Positions 40,285 through 50,531 of a DNA stretch of 64,000 nt are shown here, piece by piece. The notes under the pieces were generated by a model. It ran no database searches, was not told the DNA's origin, and was given only the letters and a program-made list of their open reading frames with translations. Positions within the stretch are counted from its first letter, which is position 1; each line of letters opens with the position of its first letter. The stretch is from Armatimonadota bacterium (lineage in GTDB: Bacteria; Armatimonadota; HRBIN16): the NCBI GenBank assembly GCA_963677485.1, contig OY781964.1, positions 1,536,001 through 1,600,000 of the forward strand, given 5' to 3'. A program made the position numbers and the translations under genes.

Positions 40285-40394
40285 GGAGACAATTTTTCGG
40301 AATAAGATCCCGCGTATCGAGGGGGGTTCCCCTCGGGCACCGTTGGCGTCTCCTGCCCGGTTGCCGGATTCCTATTGGAATCACTCTGGATACG
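40285..40394 (-). ncRNA. SAM-I/IV variant riboswitch upstream of metK
   Basis: P1 CGTATC/GATACG; J1/2 CAGAG; short P2 GATTCC/GGAATC; P3 GGCAACC...GGTGCC; P4 GAGGGG/CCCCTC; P5 CGGGAT/ATTCCG; 3' GTCTCC pairs with L3 GGAGAC (PK-2). Confidence 0.85.
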
Positions 40395-40582
40395 TGTATA
40401 TTTTACCATGAGGGTATAGGTTTTAGCGAATATCACTGATTCTGTTCAAAATATATTGATTCTATGTGTTAAAACATGCCATAGTTGAATAAGATGGTAA
40501 GGCTGATGGGTAATGCCAGTAGAGGCTTTCCTGGTGCGACACCTTCGCATATTGAATTTCCGAGAAGAAAGGGAGTGGGATC

Positions 40583-40882
40583 ATGGGCCCGAACAGCGAA
40601 CAGAGCGCCCACCCATCTGATGCCAACAGGATACCTGCACTCACGAAACGTGAGGTAGAGGTGCTGATGCTTATCATTGATGGCCGCTCAAGTAAAGAAG
40701 TGGCGCAACAACTTTTCGTCAGTAAGCGGACGGTAGACTTCCATCTCGCGAATGTTTACCATAAGCTTAATGTGACTAACCGCGTGCAGGCGTTTCGAAG
40801 AGCTGCAAGTTTAGGACTCATCCCGTTTGAGTTGGGCGGAGCCAAACAGCTAGAAGATCAGTTGAATCCGCTGCCGGAGTAA
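40583..40882 (+). CDS. Stand-alone LuxR/GerE-type HTH regulator
   Basis: LTKREVEVL..I.DG.SSKEVA.QLFVSKRTVDFHLANVY.KL.V.NR. Confidence 0.9.
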   Translation: MGPNSEQSAHPSDANRIPALTKREVEVLMLIIDGRSSKEVAQQLFVSKRTVDFHLANVYHKLNVTNRVQAFRRAASLGLIPFELGGAKQLEDQLNPLPE

Positions 40883-41090
40883 CGGGCAGCGCAATCCCCA
40901 CCGGGCCCTGTTCGGCTATTCGCGCAAGGCCCTGTCTTCGCGCAACTCCCCACCACACGGAGTTCTTCCCAGCAAACCCGTGCCGCAGCATATCTGAATC
41001 GTCAGTAGCCATGCGCTTCAGCGCATTCTATTCCCATAAACATGGGATAGGTTTGTTTCCTTAATCGATTACGCCAACAGCCGCGCAGCC

Positions 41091-41475
41091 AATTGCCCAC
41101 AAATCCAGATTGGGATCGTATCGACCATGTTCCGCGACATAAATGTCTCGGCTATTGATCAACAAGCAACCGCCCGTGCTGGCACGGCAGCCTATCCTGT
41201 AACGGATACGGTCGTAGGGGCGTCCCTTGTGGGCGCCCTAATCGTTGTTTACTCGATGACTATGTTTAGGGCGCCCACAAGGGACGCCCCTACGACCAGT
41301 TACTTACAAGCCCGCTAAACCGGGCTGCGGAGCTCCTTGCCGACAAAGATAACGTTAATAAAGACTGCTTCAGCAGTCTTGGTGTTCAATAGCCGAGACA
41401 TTTATGTCGCGGAATCGGTGACCTACTGGCCATGCAATATTTGTGGGTAATAGACTGGGGGCTTTCAGCCCGCGG
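41091..41475. repeat. Nested inverted-repeat element enclosing REPIN copy 2 (41162-41310)
   Basis: Perfect 29-bp inverted repeat at 41130-41158 / 41386-41414 (TTCCGCGACATAAATGTCTCGGCTATTGA), extended by CCCACAAAT / ATTTGTGGG. Confidence 0.8.
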
Positions 41476-41576
41476 TAGGCCAACGATCGATATATGTTGT
41501 ATATATGGCTCCGATATATGCGTGGGCCATAGACTACGCTTTACCGAATGGCAGACAAGCTACCCGGCGCATCGGC

Positions 41577-42338
41577 CTATCTCAGCTTCAGCAACTCAGG
41601 CACCGTGACCAGCCGGTATCCCTGCTTTTTCAATCCTTCGATCAAAATCGGCAAGGCCTCGATGCTCTTTTCACGTGAGATGGGATGACAGGGCTGCCCG
41701 TCATGCGCCAGTATGATATCGCCTGGACGCACCTTGTTCAGCACCCGATCAGCCATCTGCTGTGGTGTGTGGCAGGTGTGGTGCTCCAGCGCCAGACTCC
41801 AGAGCACAATCTTATAACCCTCATCCATCGCCGCCAGGAAAGTATCGCCGTCCCAAAGCCCTTTCGGTGGTCTGAACATTTTTGGCTGCTGACCGGTCAC
41901 CAGTTTGATTTCCGCACCTGCTCGTTTCACCTCGTTGATGTCTTGATTCAAACGCTCTGCTGTCATGCTAGGATGATCCCACGTATGGTTGCCTATGGCG
42001 AAACCGGCATCCCGCTCCTGCCGCGCGATCTCAGGGTTCAACTGCACCTCTTTACCCACCAAAAACACAGTGAACGGCACGTTGTATTTGCGTGCCATTG
42101 CCAGCACCCTTGGGGTATATTTGGAATCAGGCCCATCATCCAGGGTGATGGCAACCACCTTCTGTTTGGTGTGGCTGCGCCAGATGATTTCGCCAGATGT
42201 CTTCTCCCAGTTCTTGAACAGCAGTTGCGCTTCATGCCGTTCTTGCTGCCAACCCACCATGGCCCTGATTGTGACCAAAATGAGCAGAACCATCCAAACC
42301 TTTTGCAGGTTGATCCGTTGCAGAGGCTTAGTTGTCAT
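41577..42338 (-). CDS. Polysaccharide deacetylase (CE4/NodB), membrane anchored
   Basis: TLDDGP, GNHTWDHP, FRPP, ILAHDG, GYRLVTVPELL. Confidence 0.9.
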   Translation of the reverse strand: MTTKPLQRINLQKVWMVLLILVTIRAMVGWQQERHEAQLLFKNWEKTSGEIIWRSHTKQKVVAITLDDGPDSKYTPRVLAMARKYNVPFTVFLVGKEVQLNPEIARQERDAGFAIGNHTWDHPSMTAERLNQDINEVKRAGAEIKLVTGQQPKMFRPPKGLWDGDTFLAAMDEGYKIVLWSLALEHHTCHTPQQMADRVLNKVRPGDIILAHDGQPCHPISREKSIEALPILIEGLKKQGYRLVTVPELLKLR

Positions 42339-42411
42339 CGGTCATGTCACTCCAGTGTCGGTTGGTCGTAATGAACGGTACCCGCCATGGACCACCGCAT
42401 TCATGCATGAT

Positions 42412-44481
42412 TCATTTCCGGTCGCTCCCTGCTGTGCTCACCGTCAGATCCTGGACTACGCACTGCCCGTTCCAGTTAAACGATAGCTGCCCAGATCGAT
42501 AGTTATAGGCGTGGATGGATACCGCGTGGGCATCATTGATGAAACACTCGATGATGTCGTTATTGACAAAGGCACGCACATCAATCGGCTTCGATGTATC
42601 CAGCTTGCAGTTAAACTTCGCGGAGCGGTTCACGCTGTTTTTCAACTCGATGGTGCCCGTGGCAGGGTTCACGACCAGTTGATAACCCGAGTCGGCTTTG
42701 CCTGGCTGCTGACGGAACCCAATGGTGACAACAGAGTTCTGCTCCACATTAAGCTGACAGTGAAGTATGTAGTTCGCGGGTACCTTGAGCTCTTTCGTCT
42801 CTTCAAGTTCGGGACTCAGGCCGGTTACCGGTTCTTTAAAATAGTTGACCACTTCTTGGACCGGCCGTTGGTGCAGCTCCCCGTCTTTACCAGCGTAGAT
42901 TTCCCTGGCCATCGACAGCGTGCCGCCCCATTTGCCGTCCCCTTCGTCTACAAAGCCCTCTTGATCCCACATCCAGCCCCATATGATGTTCCGCTTGCCG
43001 TCATATGCCCCCTTGGGCACCTCCAGCAGACCAACACCGTAAGGCACCATCTGCGCACGATATGGCCCGCCAGGCTGATCGGAAACGGTATACAACTGGC
43101 CTGCCGCAATGATGTACCACTTGCCGTCCATGGTCATGATGTGCGGGCAGTCCAGGCTGTAGTCGGCGACATACACTGGCTGTTGAGGTGTCCACTTCAT
43201 CAGGTCATCGGAGGTGTAAAGCCCAACCGCGGCTTTTGAGCCCTGTACGGTGCAGGTGTGAAGCAGCATCCACCACTTCTTGGCGGCTTCATTCCAAAAC
43301 ACCTCTGGGTCGCGGAACGCCTGATGGTGGTAGGGCTGGTAGGCATCGATGGCGCCGTTCACCGGTTTGCTCCAGTAAATCTGACCATCAGCGTAGAAGG
43401 TGAGCCCAAGCTGCTTCTCCCAGGTGATCAGGTCCTTGCTGGTGGCATGCATCACTTTTTGGTCACCGAGTGGGTCGCCACTGTTCTTACCGGTGTAGAA
43501 TATGTGGAACAGCCCATCATGCTCCACCACGCTTCCAGTCCAGATTCCTTCGTAATCCGGACCCAGCTTATCGTCACCTGGCACCAAGGCGTGGGGCAGC
43601 TCTTTCCAGTGGATGAGGTCTTTGCTGACTACATGCGCCCAGGGTGATCTGGCGGGGTCGCCACCCTTCAGATAGAAAACATGATATTCCCCGCGCCAGT
43701 AAAACGGGATGGGGTCACCCACAAACCCGGGTTCATGGGGCCGGTAGTTGATGGTAGACGTAATGATCGGCTTTTTAGTTTCGGTCGTGCGGGCCATCAT
43801 GAATGCTCCTTTACCGTTCAATATGAGCGCGCCGTTTTTGATGCGTGCCCCGCCCTGAAGGCTGGCATATTTATATACGCTCATTCGGTCATGAAGTGTT
43901 TTGTCGCTAAAGCACCACCAGGCTAACGGATCCACACCCGTCTTTTTACCGATCTTCTGTTCAGCGATCTGGGTCGGTGTGAGCGCGGTATTATAGATGC
44001 GCGCATCGAGCACCGCACCGTTGAAGAAAGGCGTGCCGCCGGCATCCATATGGCGCTTGCCGATGAGAACCGTGCTGGCAGCAGGAAATGTCAGTGGCTG
44101 AGTGGTGGTATAAGCCGCGTATGGCTGGCCGTTGCGGTAGATACTGACCTGGTTTCCTTTATAGACTATGGCGATCTGAACCACAGCTTTCGGACCAGCA
44201 TTTTCCACAGGCGAGGCACTTTGGCCACCCTGTGTCCGTGCCCAGTTTTCACTGCCCGCCATCCACTTGCGGGGAGTGTTTTCTCCGAATACGATCGAAT
44301 CAAACTGACCACCGCCGCGCTCCAGGGTGAGCACCCCGCTGCCGGTCTGTTTCAGCTCTGCGAGTTTGACCCAGGCCATCAGGGTTTTGTTCTCGATATT
44401 CGAACTCATCGCGGGAAGGCAGGTGGTCGCCAGTGCAGCCGATAGCAGCGCGACAGAGGATACAATCTTGTGCCGAGTCAT
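42412..44481 (-). CDS. GH32 family glycoside hydrolase with N-terminal LamG-like domain
   Basis: Signal peptide; RIYNTALT; VGDPIPF, SKDLIHW, WTGSV, FRDP, DCP. Confidence 0.85.
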   Translation of the reverse strand: MTRHKIVSSVALLSAALATTCLPAMSSNIENKTLMAWVKLAELKQTGSGVLTLERGGGQFDSIVFGENTPRKWMAGSENWARTQGGQSASPVENAGPKAVVQIAIVYKGNQVSIYRNGQPYAAYTTTQPLTFPAASTVLIGKRHMDAGGTPFFNGAVLDARIYNTALTPTQIAEQKIGKKTGVDPLAWWCFSDKTLHDRMSVYKYASLQGGARIKNGALILNGKGAFMMARTTETKKPIITSTINYRPHEPGFVGDPIPFYWRGEYHVFYLKGGDPARSPWAHVVSKDLIHWKELPHALVPGDDKLGPDYEGIWTGSVVEHDGLFHIFYTGKNSGDPLGDQKVMHATSKDLITWEKQLGLTFYADGQIYWSKPVNGAIDAYQPYHHQAFRDPEVFWNEAAKKWWMLLHTCTVQGSKAAVGLYTSDDLMKWTPQQPVYVADYSLDCPHIMTMDGKWYIIAAGQLYTVSDQPGGPYRAQMVPYGVGLLEVPKGAYDGKRNIIWGWMWDQEGFVDEGDGKWGGTLSMAREIYAGKDGELHQRPVQEVVNYFKEPVTGLSPELEETKELKVPANYILHCQLNVEQNSVVTIGFRQQPGKADSGYQLVVNPATGTIELKNSVNRSAKFNCKLDTSKPIDVRAFVNNDIIECFINDAHAVSIHAYNYRSGQLSFNWNGQCVVQDLTVSTAGSDRK

Positions 44482-44579
44482 GTTCTACCTCAGATATCTA
44501 TTTACAGCTGATGCCTGATGCCAGTGTACCTTACTTACTCTATATCACGCAGAACCTTCTGAACTGTCAGACTGCGCAG

Positions 44580-47081
44580 TCATGGTTTGGCAGGATATCC
44601 AAACACATCGAAGGCGGTAATACAGGCCGTATTGCCCACTGCCCCGGGCTGCTGGCTTTTGGTCACCCGCAACTGCACAAACCGCACCGGATCGGAACCC
44701 GATACGGGTAGGTCCACCCAGTCCTGTGTGTTCTCCTTGAACTCCGCCAGTTTTCGGTAGTCCACCCCATTGATGCTGCCATAGAGCTCTGCGGCAGCAG
44801 CGTTGAGCTGATGCGGCAGGAATGTGCCCGCCAGATGCGTACGCCAGCGTGTGATGATGGATGGCGCAGCCAGCTCTACGGTCAATATGTGAGGGCCGCT
44901 GCCTTCCTTGCTTTGCCAGAATGTGCGTGTGTCACCGTCGAGTGCATCCGCCGGACGGTGCCCTGTAGCAATACTGCTCGCGAACGCTGGACGTTTTGTG
45001 GTCAGTGACTGCTCCAGATGTATATCCAACCTCTCAGCCCCGACCGTAAACGGTCGGTTGTTGAAGGTGAGCTGCTGGGATAGACCGTACATATCCACCT
45101 TGCCTTTGAATGTATCGTCAAACTCCGCCCACAGCGACTGCTTGTTACCCCCACCGGTGACGAAAAAGCCGTAGAAGTTGATCTGGCCACCACCGCGAAA
45201 CCGAACAGCCTCTACCTTGGGCACATCGAACACGGTGCTCCAGAACTTCGCATCACGGCATCCCCCACGTCCCTGGTCAATGAACTCCATATAACGGTGC
45301 GGCGCGAAACCGGCCAGATGGAAACTGCGCAGGTTCGTGCAGTCGCCAAACTCGTATTGCACCGAATGATCGTCCAGATATCCCTGTATGGCCGCTACGA
45401 TTTTGTTGCCCGGCACATCGGGGTAGGCGGTCAACACGCGGTAATCCGAGCTGTGCACGCCGTAATCCATGTTGATATTCTCCAGCAGCACACGATCGGA
45501 GTTCGCCCCCACACGGATGCCGGTGTGGTAGGGTGTGGCCCACACATTGACCACCTGCGCCCGGTCGCATCGGGCCTGTCCCAGGTCAATGGCATTGTAG
45601 GCATTAGGCAGCACGGTGTCGTATATGTATAACTCGCGTCCCAACCCGCGGATGGCGTATGGGTAGGTCGAGACGGCCAGCTTCACGTCTGGGCCGGTTT
45701 CGTAGATGTTCTTCGCATGGCAGACCGCCACTCCGCGAAGCCCCGCTCTGGCCTTCATGTTGATGGCCGCCGGTGCATCCTCCGGGTCGTTTGACCGCTC
45801 ATCGAAGCCGATGATCAGCGTGCTGACGTCCAGATACCAGGCCCTGACCCCCACACCCAGATAGCCCCCTCGTAGCTCCACACCGGAGGGGATGGTGATG
45901 GGTGCTCTTAGCACCGTCCAGCCATGGGGCAGCAGCACGGTCCCGCCGCCGTTGGCCCCCGCTTTGTCCAGAGCACGCTGCAGTGCGGCGGTGTCGTCAC
46001 TGATCTTGTCAGCCTTCACCCCGAAATCGGTCGCCTGGTAGACATCACGCTTCGCGGCCTGCCGGAGAGTGGCGAATCGGTAGCTCTTATGCTGCAACTG
46101 GGGGTAGTTATCGAGGTCGAAATAGTGGGTGCCAAAGTACCAGCCGCCCTCCACGTCGGTGCGCCGACCTTTCACTTTACCGATGCCACCGCCGAAACCA
46201 TACTGGCTGCGGTCGGTCATCATGTATTTCACATCGTCCTCATCAAGCTTCACTAACACCGGAGTTTTGGCTTCGGCTAGATCCGCGTTGTAGAGTGACA
46301 GCCCATCCACTTTCGCCACCTGAACCGCCACCAGCTCATCTGCCACAGATCGGCGCAGTTTGGCGGCGTCCACACGGCTCATCCGTGCCTCCGGTAGGCG
46401 TGCCCAGTAGTCGCTGTTTAGGCGGATATTGTAGCAGGAGCACAGCTCGCTGGAGCTCTTCAGCACGATGCCGCGCTTCAGCACCGTTCCATACACGCTC
46501 GAGACGCTGCTGCCGCTGAATGGCGCCATCATGATGCCCTGATAGCTGTTCACCAAGGTGATGTTGTGGATGTAGGAGACATTGCCCTGGATGCTAAACG
46601 GGTAGGAGATGGGCTCTGCGGCACTTTGCTCAGGGTAGTATATCGTCAGGTTGAAGGCATTCGCATGACCCAGCTCCTGGCTGGACAGCAGTGCGGGACC
46701 ATCCGATTTACCCTGATCGGCATACGCCAGCAGAACCGTTCCGGAGAGGGGCCGACCGGGCTGCGGCTTCCGCCACTCGCCGCAGAGGGTCACCGTTGCT
46801 GGCAAGGAGATATGGTGCTCGAGACGGTATCGTCCAACCGGCAGGAAGGCTGTGCCGCCGCCATGCCCGTTCACGTCATTGACCATCTTCTGGATGGCTG
46901 CCGATGCGTCAGTTTTGCCAGTGTTGTCCGCATGATACGGTGCATCTGTGACTACCGCTGCTGCCACCACCAGCTCACCGTTGCTATAGATCGGTTGATA
47001 GCATTTGCCCACATCCGCCACGCCCATTTTGGTGATCAAGGCCACCATGATCATCGTCAGCCATATCGATCGATTCATCAT
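44580..47081 (-). CDS. Secreted double beta-helix (pectate lyase 3/GH55-like) protein with C-terminal F5/8 (CBM32) domain
   Basis: ADNTGKTDASAAIQ..GGGTAFLPVGRY and FGVKAD..DDTAALQRALD..GGGTVLLP; C-terminal ALDGDTRTFWQS...RFVQL. Confidence 0.75.
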   Translation of the reverse strand: MMNRSIWLTMIMVALITKMGVADVGKCYQPIYSNGELVVAAAVVTDAPYHADNTGKTDASAAIQKMVNDVNGHGGGTAFLPVGRYRLEHHISLPATVTLCGEWRKPQPGRPLSGTVLLAYADQGKSDGPALLSSQELGHANAFNLTIYYPEQSAAEPISYPFSIQGNVSYIHNITLVNSYQGIMMAPFSGSSVSSVYGTVLKRGIVLKSSSELCSCYNIRLNSDYWARLPEARMSRVDAAKLRRSVADELVAVQVAKVDGLSLYNADLAEAKTPVLVKLDEDDVKYMMTDRSQYGFGGGIGKVKGRRTDVEGGWYFGTHYFDLDNYPQLQHKSYRFATLRQAAKRDVYQATDFGVKADKISDDTAALQRALDKAGANGGGTVLLPHGWTVLRAPITIPSGVELRGGYLGVGVRAWYLDVSTLIIGFDERSNDPEDAPAAINMKARAGLRGVAVCHAKNIYETGPDVKLAVSTYPYAIRGLGRELYIYDTVLPNAYNAIDLGQARCDRAQVVNVWATPYHTGIRVGANSDRVLLENINMDYGVHSSDYRVLTAYPDVPGNKIVAAIQGYLDDHSVQYEFGDCTNLRSFHLAGFAPHRYMEFIDQGRGGCRDAKFWSTVFDVPKVEAVRFRGGGQINFYGFFVTGGGNKQSLWAEFDDTFKGKVDMYGLSQQLTFNNRPFTVGAERLDIHLEQSLTTKRPAFASSIATGHRPADALDGDTRTFWQSKEGSGPHILTVELAAPSIITRWRTHLAGTFLPHQLNAAAAELYGSINGVDYRKLAEFKENTQDWVDLPVSGSDPVRFVQLRVTKSQQPGAVGNTACITAFDVFGYPAKP

Positions 47082-47115
47082 CAAACTCCTTCGCGTCTAC
47101 GCGTGAAACAATCCC

Positions 47116-49779
47116 TCAGTGCCGTGACCAGTCGATCTTCATCTGCTCACGCGCGCCGATGGCCTGCTTAATGGGCCACGAGGCGCGCAGCTCACTCTTG
47201 TATGGCCCGATCTTCTCTACAGGGATCGGCTGGAATCCCAGCTTGAACGCGGGTGAGTTGGGCTTCAGCCGGTAGTCGTCAGCCGCGCGATTCACAAACA
47301 GCGGGTCGGCTATGACGGAGTGCTTGTCCAGACCTTTCGCCTGCCAGGCTTCCCATTCCGACATCGTATCGGCTTTGCGCTGCTCCACATCGTCAACCCA
47401 CAGGCTGCCTGTCGCCTGAGAGATATCAATGCGGATTCGCACTGTTGACATGTCGGCGTGCCAGTCGGGGTCACCTTTGGCTGGGAAGCGGAAGACGGTT
47501 TCGATCTGCTTCCACTCTGGACCAGCCGTGAAGCTGTTGTATTTCGCCCAGAAGTATTTGTTTGCGAGATAGGCTTGCGGCATGATCGTGCCGGGCGTGG
47601 GCACATCGGCACGCACCCTGGCACTCAGCCGGTAAGTCTGGCCGGGGATCAGCGTGATACCCTTTGTTACGAAGTTCACGTTCAGTGTCTGGCCGCTGGA
47701 GTCGGTTGTCGTGCCATGAGCATCGAGCCGTAGCGACTGCTTGCCAGAATGTTTCACGGTGGGGTCGAGTTGCGCGGACGAATCACCCGGCTTGATCTGC
47801 CACTCCCAGCCCTCGGGCAAACCGCCCGCGTCACCTGCTTCGAAACCCGGATTCGGCACCAGGTTGGGCCCTGTCAGCCCCTTCAGGCTGGTGACGCCGG
47901 TCAGCAGAGGAGCTTTGTTGTGCCAGATCAAGTTGTAGTCTGAGACCGTCCGATCGAACGGTAGGTTGTAGTGCTCATAGAGTTTCGCTTTGGGTTCGCT
48001 GTAGCTCACGATGTTGCGCACAAACCGGTTGTCGGCCATCTTCCAGGCGTCGTCCAGGCCCTTGGTCAGCCGCTCGTAGCCCGGGTATTTCAGATACGCC
48101 GACGTGCCCGAAAACTGCTTCCATGTCTCGGTCATCATGGGCACAGGGTGGCCCCCCTGCACATAACCGCTGTATTGCACCTGGCTGTCACGCCCATCCA
48201 CCAGTATGTTGTTCTCAATCACGTTGTCGCGCCCGCCGTGCACATGCACCCCGCCCAAAATGGTGCGCGCCACGATGTTGCCATACACATGCGTGCCGCA
48301 GGTGCCGTCATCCAGGTAGATACCCCAGTTCATGTGCGGGCTGGTCCACTTGCCGTTCTCCTGACCGAAGCCGATGATATCATGCAGGTAGTTGTAGCGG
48401 ATCTGTGTGCCGCGTTTGGTCCAGTCCACCTGCCAGCAGTAGATCGCGCCGCAATCGGCCGTCTCCAGATTGCAGTGGCGTATCTCGTTGTATTCGATGA
48501 TGTGGTCATTACCGCTCCAACCGATGCCGAAACGCGGCAAATCATGCATCAGGTTGTGAGAGATGCGGTTGCCCACGCCATTGAGCTGCACCCCGACGCC
48601 CTGCTTAAAGTAAATTCCGGTATGGTGGATATAGTTGTTATCGGCATAGTTGCCCGCGGGCTTCAACGTCACCCGATCGCGGCCATCGATACTCACCGCA
48701 TCACGGCCGATGTCATGGATATCGCAGCCCACCACCCCGTTGCGCTCTCCGCCATTGATGACCACCCCGGAGCCATAGAAGTCGCCCACATTGCGGATGG
48801 TGCAGGCGGCGATCCGGCAATTCACGGTCTTTTCCATCTCGATCGCATTGCCTTCGCAGCATTCGAACGTGAAGCCGCGGAAGCTGATGTTCGACGCGCC
48901 CTCCTGAAGCTTGAGTATCGTGCGCACAGCCGGTGCCGAAACGCTCATTGTGGCCGGGTTGACACCTTCAGGGGGCCAGAAATAGAGCGTTTTGGTCTGT
49001 GCATCAAGATACCACTCTCCCGGCGCGTCCAGCTCCTCAAGAAGGTTCTGCACAAAATAGCGGTCGCCGGGCCGGATGGCGTAGGAGGCGTTGGCACTGA
49101 GCGTGATGCTGCGCGTAGCTTTGTCGACTGAGGCGATACGGATGATGTCGTTCCACCAGTTGTATCTTGGAAAGATCATCACCTCAGCCTGCTCAGGGTG
49201 CGCCCATTGGCGGGCATCGGCCTCGCGATACTGAAGCAGTTTCATCGATTCGCCTGGGACATCGGCGTATAACGGCACCGGTTTGCCATCCACATAAGCC
49301 CAGCCGCCGGTGACAGGATTGTTGGCGTCACGGTTGGGGTAGCGGGCCAGATCCATGCGGTGGCCATTGCACAGCAACTGCCGGAAGTTGATATCAGCAA
49401 ACCCCTGCGCGCCCACATCCGCCTTCAGTATCTTGCCCTTGTATGGCACGAAACCGCTGATCGGCTTGCCGCCAATGAGAAAGACCTTCTCGCCGGGGTA
49501 CGCCTGCCACACCACCGGAGCTTTCTCGGTGCCGGAATCAGCCGCAGTTAATGCCAAAGTAGCAGGCAGTTCATAGACGCCGGCCCGAACCTGCACTGTC
49601 ACCGGCTCGGTCTTGTTCATAGTTCGCAGCTTCGTCTGAGCAGCAGCCAGTGTGGCCATCGGCCTGGCTTTCGTGCCCGGGTTGGCATCGCTGCCGGTGG
49701 GTGATACGTAGAGCTCCGCGGCAGAGGTTTGGAGGCCTAACAGTATGATTGCAGTTACAAAGAGGAACAGAGACTTCAT
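47116..49779 (-). CDS. Secreted right-handed beta-helix protein (GH141-like) with inserted CBM4/9-like domain
   Basis: YVSPTGSDANPGT, ARYPN, ELDAPGEWY, DCGAIY, GIYLDD; NLVPNPGFE; ADPLF...DYRLKPNSPA. Confidence 0.75.
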   Translation of the reverse strand: MKSLFLFVTAIILLGLQTSAAELYVSPTGSDANPGTKARPMATLAAAQTKLRTMNKTEPVTVQVRAGVYELPATLALTAADSGTEKAPVVWQAYPGEKVFLIGGKPISGFVPYKGKILKADVGAQGFADINFRQLLCNGHRMDLARYPNRDANNPVTGGWAYVDGKPVPLYADVPGESMKLLQYREADARQWAHPEQAEVMIFPRYNWWNDIIRIASVDKATRSITLSANASYAIRPGDRYFVQNLLEELDAPGEWYLDAQTKTLYFWPPEGVNPATMSVSAPAVRTILKLQEGASNISFRGFTFECCEGNAIEMEKTVNCRIAACTIRNVGDFYGSGVVINGGERNGVVGCDIHDIGRDAVSIDGRDRVTLKPAGNYADNNYIHHTGIYFKQGVGVQLNGVGNRISHNLMHDLPRFGIGWSGNDHIIEYNEIRHCNLETADCGAIYCWQVDWTKRGTQIRYNYLHDIIGFGQENGKWTSPHMNWGIYLDDGTCGTHVYGNIVARTILGGVHVHGGRDNVIENNILVDGRDSQVQYSGYVQGGHPVPMMTETWKQFSGTSAYLKYPGYERLTKGLDDAWKMADNRFVRNIVSYSEPKAKLYEHYNLPFDRTVSDYNLIWHNKAPLLTGVTSLKGLTGPNLVPNPGFEAGDAGGLPEGWEWQIKPGDSSAQLDPTVKHSGKQSLRLDAHGTTTDSSGQTLNVNFVTKGITLIPGQTYRLSARVRADVPTPGTIMPQAYLANKYFWAKYNSFTAGPEWKQIETVFRFPAKGDPDWHADMSTVRIRIDISQATGSLWVDDVEQRKADTMSEWEAWQAKGLDKHSVIADPLFVNRAADDYRLKPNSPAFKLGFQPIPVEKIGPYKSELRASWPIKQAIGAREQMKIDWSRH

Positions 49780-49862
49780 GCCATTGTCCTTATTTGAGTG
49801 ATGGTATTATGATTGTTTTACGCCTGAGACTCAACATGAACGAGCATACGACCGTCATTCAC

Positions 49863-50531
49863 TCACAACCGTTCAAGTGTTGTCACCCATTCATTGAAAT
49901 GCCGGCACCTGGTTCTTAGTGTTGGCAAGCCGATCTTCGAAGCCACAGAGACACCGGCGTTTGCCTTATCATAATCCTCAATCTCACTAGTGATGCGCCT
50001 GGACGGAGCAGTGGTATAGCCGTCATCGATGAGCTCCGGGTTCTGGTCACCGACCATCGTGACAATGTTGTTGATAGGTTTGTCGTGATCACCATATTCC
50101 CATTCCAGTTTCCTCGGGTCAGCCAGTATGAGTGCCTCAAATTCATGGAGCTGGATATAAGGAATAAATACATTACTGCCAATGTCGTCATACAGGGCAT
50201 CCTCAAGCAGCCGAACTCGAGTATAAGGATCAGACTCCGCCTTGGCATGTGCATACCCTGGAAAGTCATCAGGAAGAGCGTACAAATCGAACATCGTAGT
50301 GAATCGGCATTCAGGTGCTTGATCTTCTTTCATCCAGGTGAGGATATCTGCTTTGGCCTTTTGATAGCTGACCAAACCACCACGAAACTCCCTGGAGGTA
50401 CGGTGATCTTTACTGGTCAGCACGCAACGCGAATAGGCGAACACATCGTATTGAGCCAGGTGAGGTGCCAATACCATCGTGACGAAGTTCCGTTCTGCTT
50501 GCCCCTCAGCCGTGACCAGCAGCCGAATCAT
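49863..50531 (-). CDS. DUF4276-like (TOPRIM/RloB-related) protein
   Basis: VTAEGQAE, TTMFDLYALP.DFPG, PYIQLHEFEALIL, NPELI, APSRR, C.HFNEW; ATGA overlap with the ATPase. Confidence 0.8.
   Translation of the reverse strand: MIRLLVTAEGQAERNFVTMVLAPHLAQYDVFAYSRCVLTSKDHRTSREFRGGLVSYQKAKADILTWMKEDQAPECRFTTMFDLYALPDDFPGYAHAKAESDPYTRVRLLEDALYDDIGSNVFIPYIQLHEFEALILADPRKLEWEYGDHDKPINNIVTMVGDQNPELIDDGYTTAPSRRITSEIEDYDKANAGVSVASKIGLPTLRTRCRHFNEWVTTLERL

Noticed and set aside
40285-40394. Canonical SAM-I riboswitch
   Set aside because: Lacks the P2 kink-turn and PK-1 but has P5/PK-2, so it is called SAM-I/IV.
40170-40436. 88-aa ORF upstream of metK
   Set aside because: Overlaps the promoter, riboswitch and terminator.
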